A stretch of DNA of 64,000 bases, from the NCBI GenBank assembly GCA_034431315.1, contig DAOUDK010000119.1, positions 28,873-92,872 of the forward strand, in the 5' to 3' direction. The stretch is from Anaerolineae bacterium. GTDB taxonomy: Bacteria; Chloroflexota; Anaerolineae; VGOG01. Numbering within the stretch: position 1 is the first letter of the stretch; each line of letters opens with the position of its first letter. A program made the translations under genes and the position numbers. This document shows, in pieces, positions 63,477 through 64,000 of this stretch. The notes under the pieces are model-generated. The model was not told where the DNA came from, did not search any database, and saw only the letters and a program-made list of their open reading frames with translations.

Positions 63477-64000
63477 TGACGAGGCCCAGAATCATAATGG
63501 TAATAGTAGCGGTCGCCGTGGGTCTTCTCTGCGCCTGGCCGGCAATGGGGGCGGTGTATCTTGGGGAGTTGGAGTTCGTGGGCTTCCCCAGCGAGATAGC
63601 CGTCACGGGCGAGGAGGTACAACTCGAAGGATCGCTGAAGTTCATTGACAAAGGCAACCTTTATGCCGAGAATATTCGATTATGGGTGAGTGGGCATGAG
63701 GGGCGAATTGAGCCGAACTTCATAGCCGGCCCTCTGTACGATGGGGAGACTGCTCCGATCATGGTCTATCTCGAAGGGGTCCCAGGGGCCGCAATCCTGA
63801 ACGCCGACGAGGCTCGGTGTCCACGCGGCTATTTTTCGATCCAGCTCTCACAGGCAACCCCGACGAGCACGCCCCCCCCCACGAGCACGCCTACTCCGAC
63901 GAGCACCTCCACACCTACTCCAACACCCCCCACGAGTACGCCTACTCCAACAAGCACACCTACACCGACGAGTACCTCCACACCTACCCCAACACCCACA
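63477..64000 (+). CDS. Partial (runs off window end) secreted hypothetical protein with Pro/Thr/Ser-rich linker (TPTSTP repeats)
   Basis: ATG 63477 after AAAGGAGAT; signal peptide MTRPRIIMVIVAVAVGLLCAWPAMGA; no stop before window end. Confidence 0.5.

Overview
This is a high-GC (~60%) bacterial chromosomal segment. The gene content looks Chloroflexota-like: paired GT-C glycosyltransferase/DUF2298 envelope proteins, an ANTAR two-component pair beside glnA-nadE, GGAGG ribosome-binding sites, and many secreted repeat proteins. The lineage cannot be assigned from sequence alone. Roughly 70% of coding sequence is on the minus strand. Core and housekeeping genes are glnA, nadE, csp, cysteine desulfurase, tig-clpP-clpX, tRNA-Pro(GGG), an ADP-forming acetyl-CoA synthetase with a DRTGG partner, and a radical SAM TIGR03960/TIGR03936 pair. 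There is also a sugar module (GH20, GH65, SIS, GDPD, ROK) and XdhC/YqeB-type molybdenum hydroxylase maturation genes. Accessory and unusual content: (1) a compositionally foreign, low-GC TIR-domain gene translationally coupled to a secreted GH88/105 hydrolase, sitting inside a cluster of giant envelope proteins. These proteins occur as two paralogous sets, split (595 aa GT-C plus 858 aa DUF2298) and fused (1504 aa). (2) A hicB/hicA toxin-antitoxin cassette bounded by ~74-95 bp direct repeats that duplicate the 3' end of the 1504-aa gene, with hicA inactivated by an 11-bp duplication. (3) A solitary single-chain Type IIG/IIL restriction-modification enzyme with a low-GC internal patch. (4) An RHH-like plus HNH endonuclease overlapping two-gene cassette. 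(5) A DUF4160/DUF2442 cassette beside tRNA-Pro. (6) A previously undescribed-looking family of MITE-like intergenic palindromic elements with asymmetric ends (CACTACAACGAATTGAGAAAGGAACGAAT / CACTACAACGAATTCAGAAATCAACGAATTGAGAGCAAG). Copies range from a 68-bp minimal form to ~250 bp with variable cargo, and some supply stop codons to neighbouring genes. (7) A TTGGAG/TTGGAT hexamer repeat expanded in-frame within DUF2298 paralogs and forming an intergenic hairpin. (8) Two pairs of near-identical terminator hairpins bracketing single gene units. (9) A promoter-plus-terminator unit upstream of a beta-helix protein that may be a small RNA. No CRISPR array, rRNA or intact transposase was seen.
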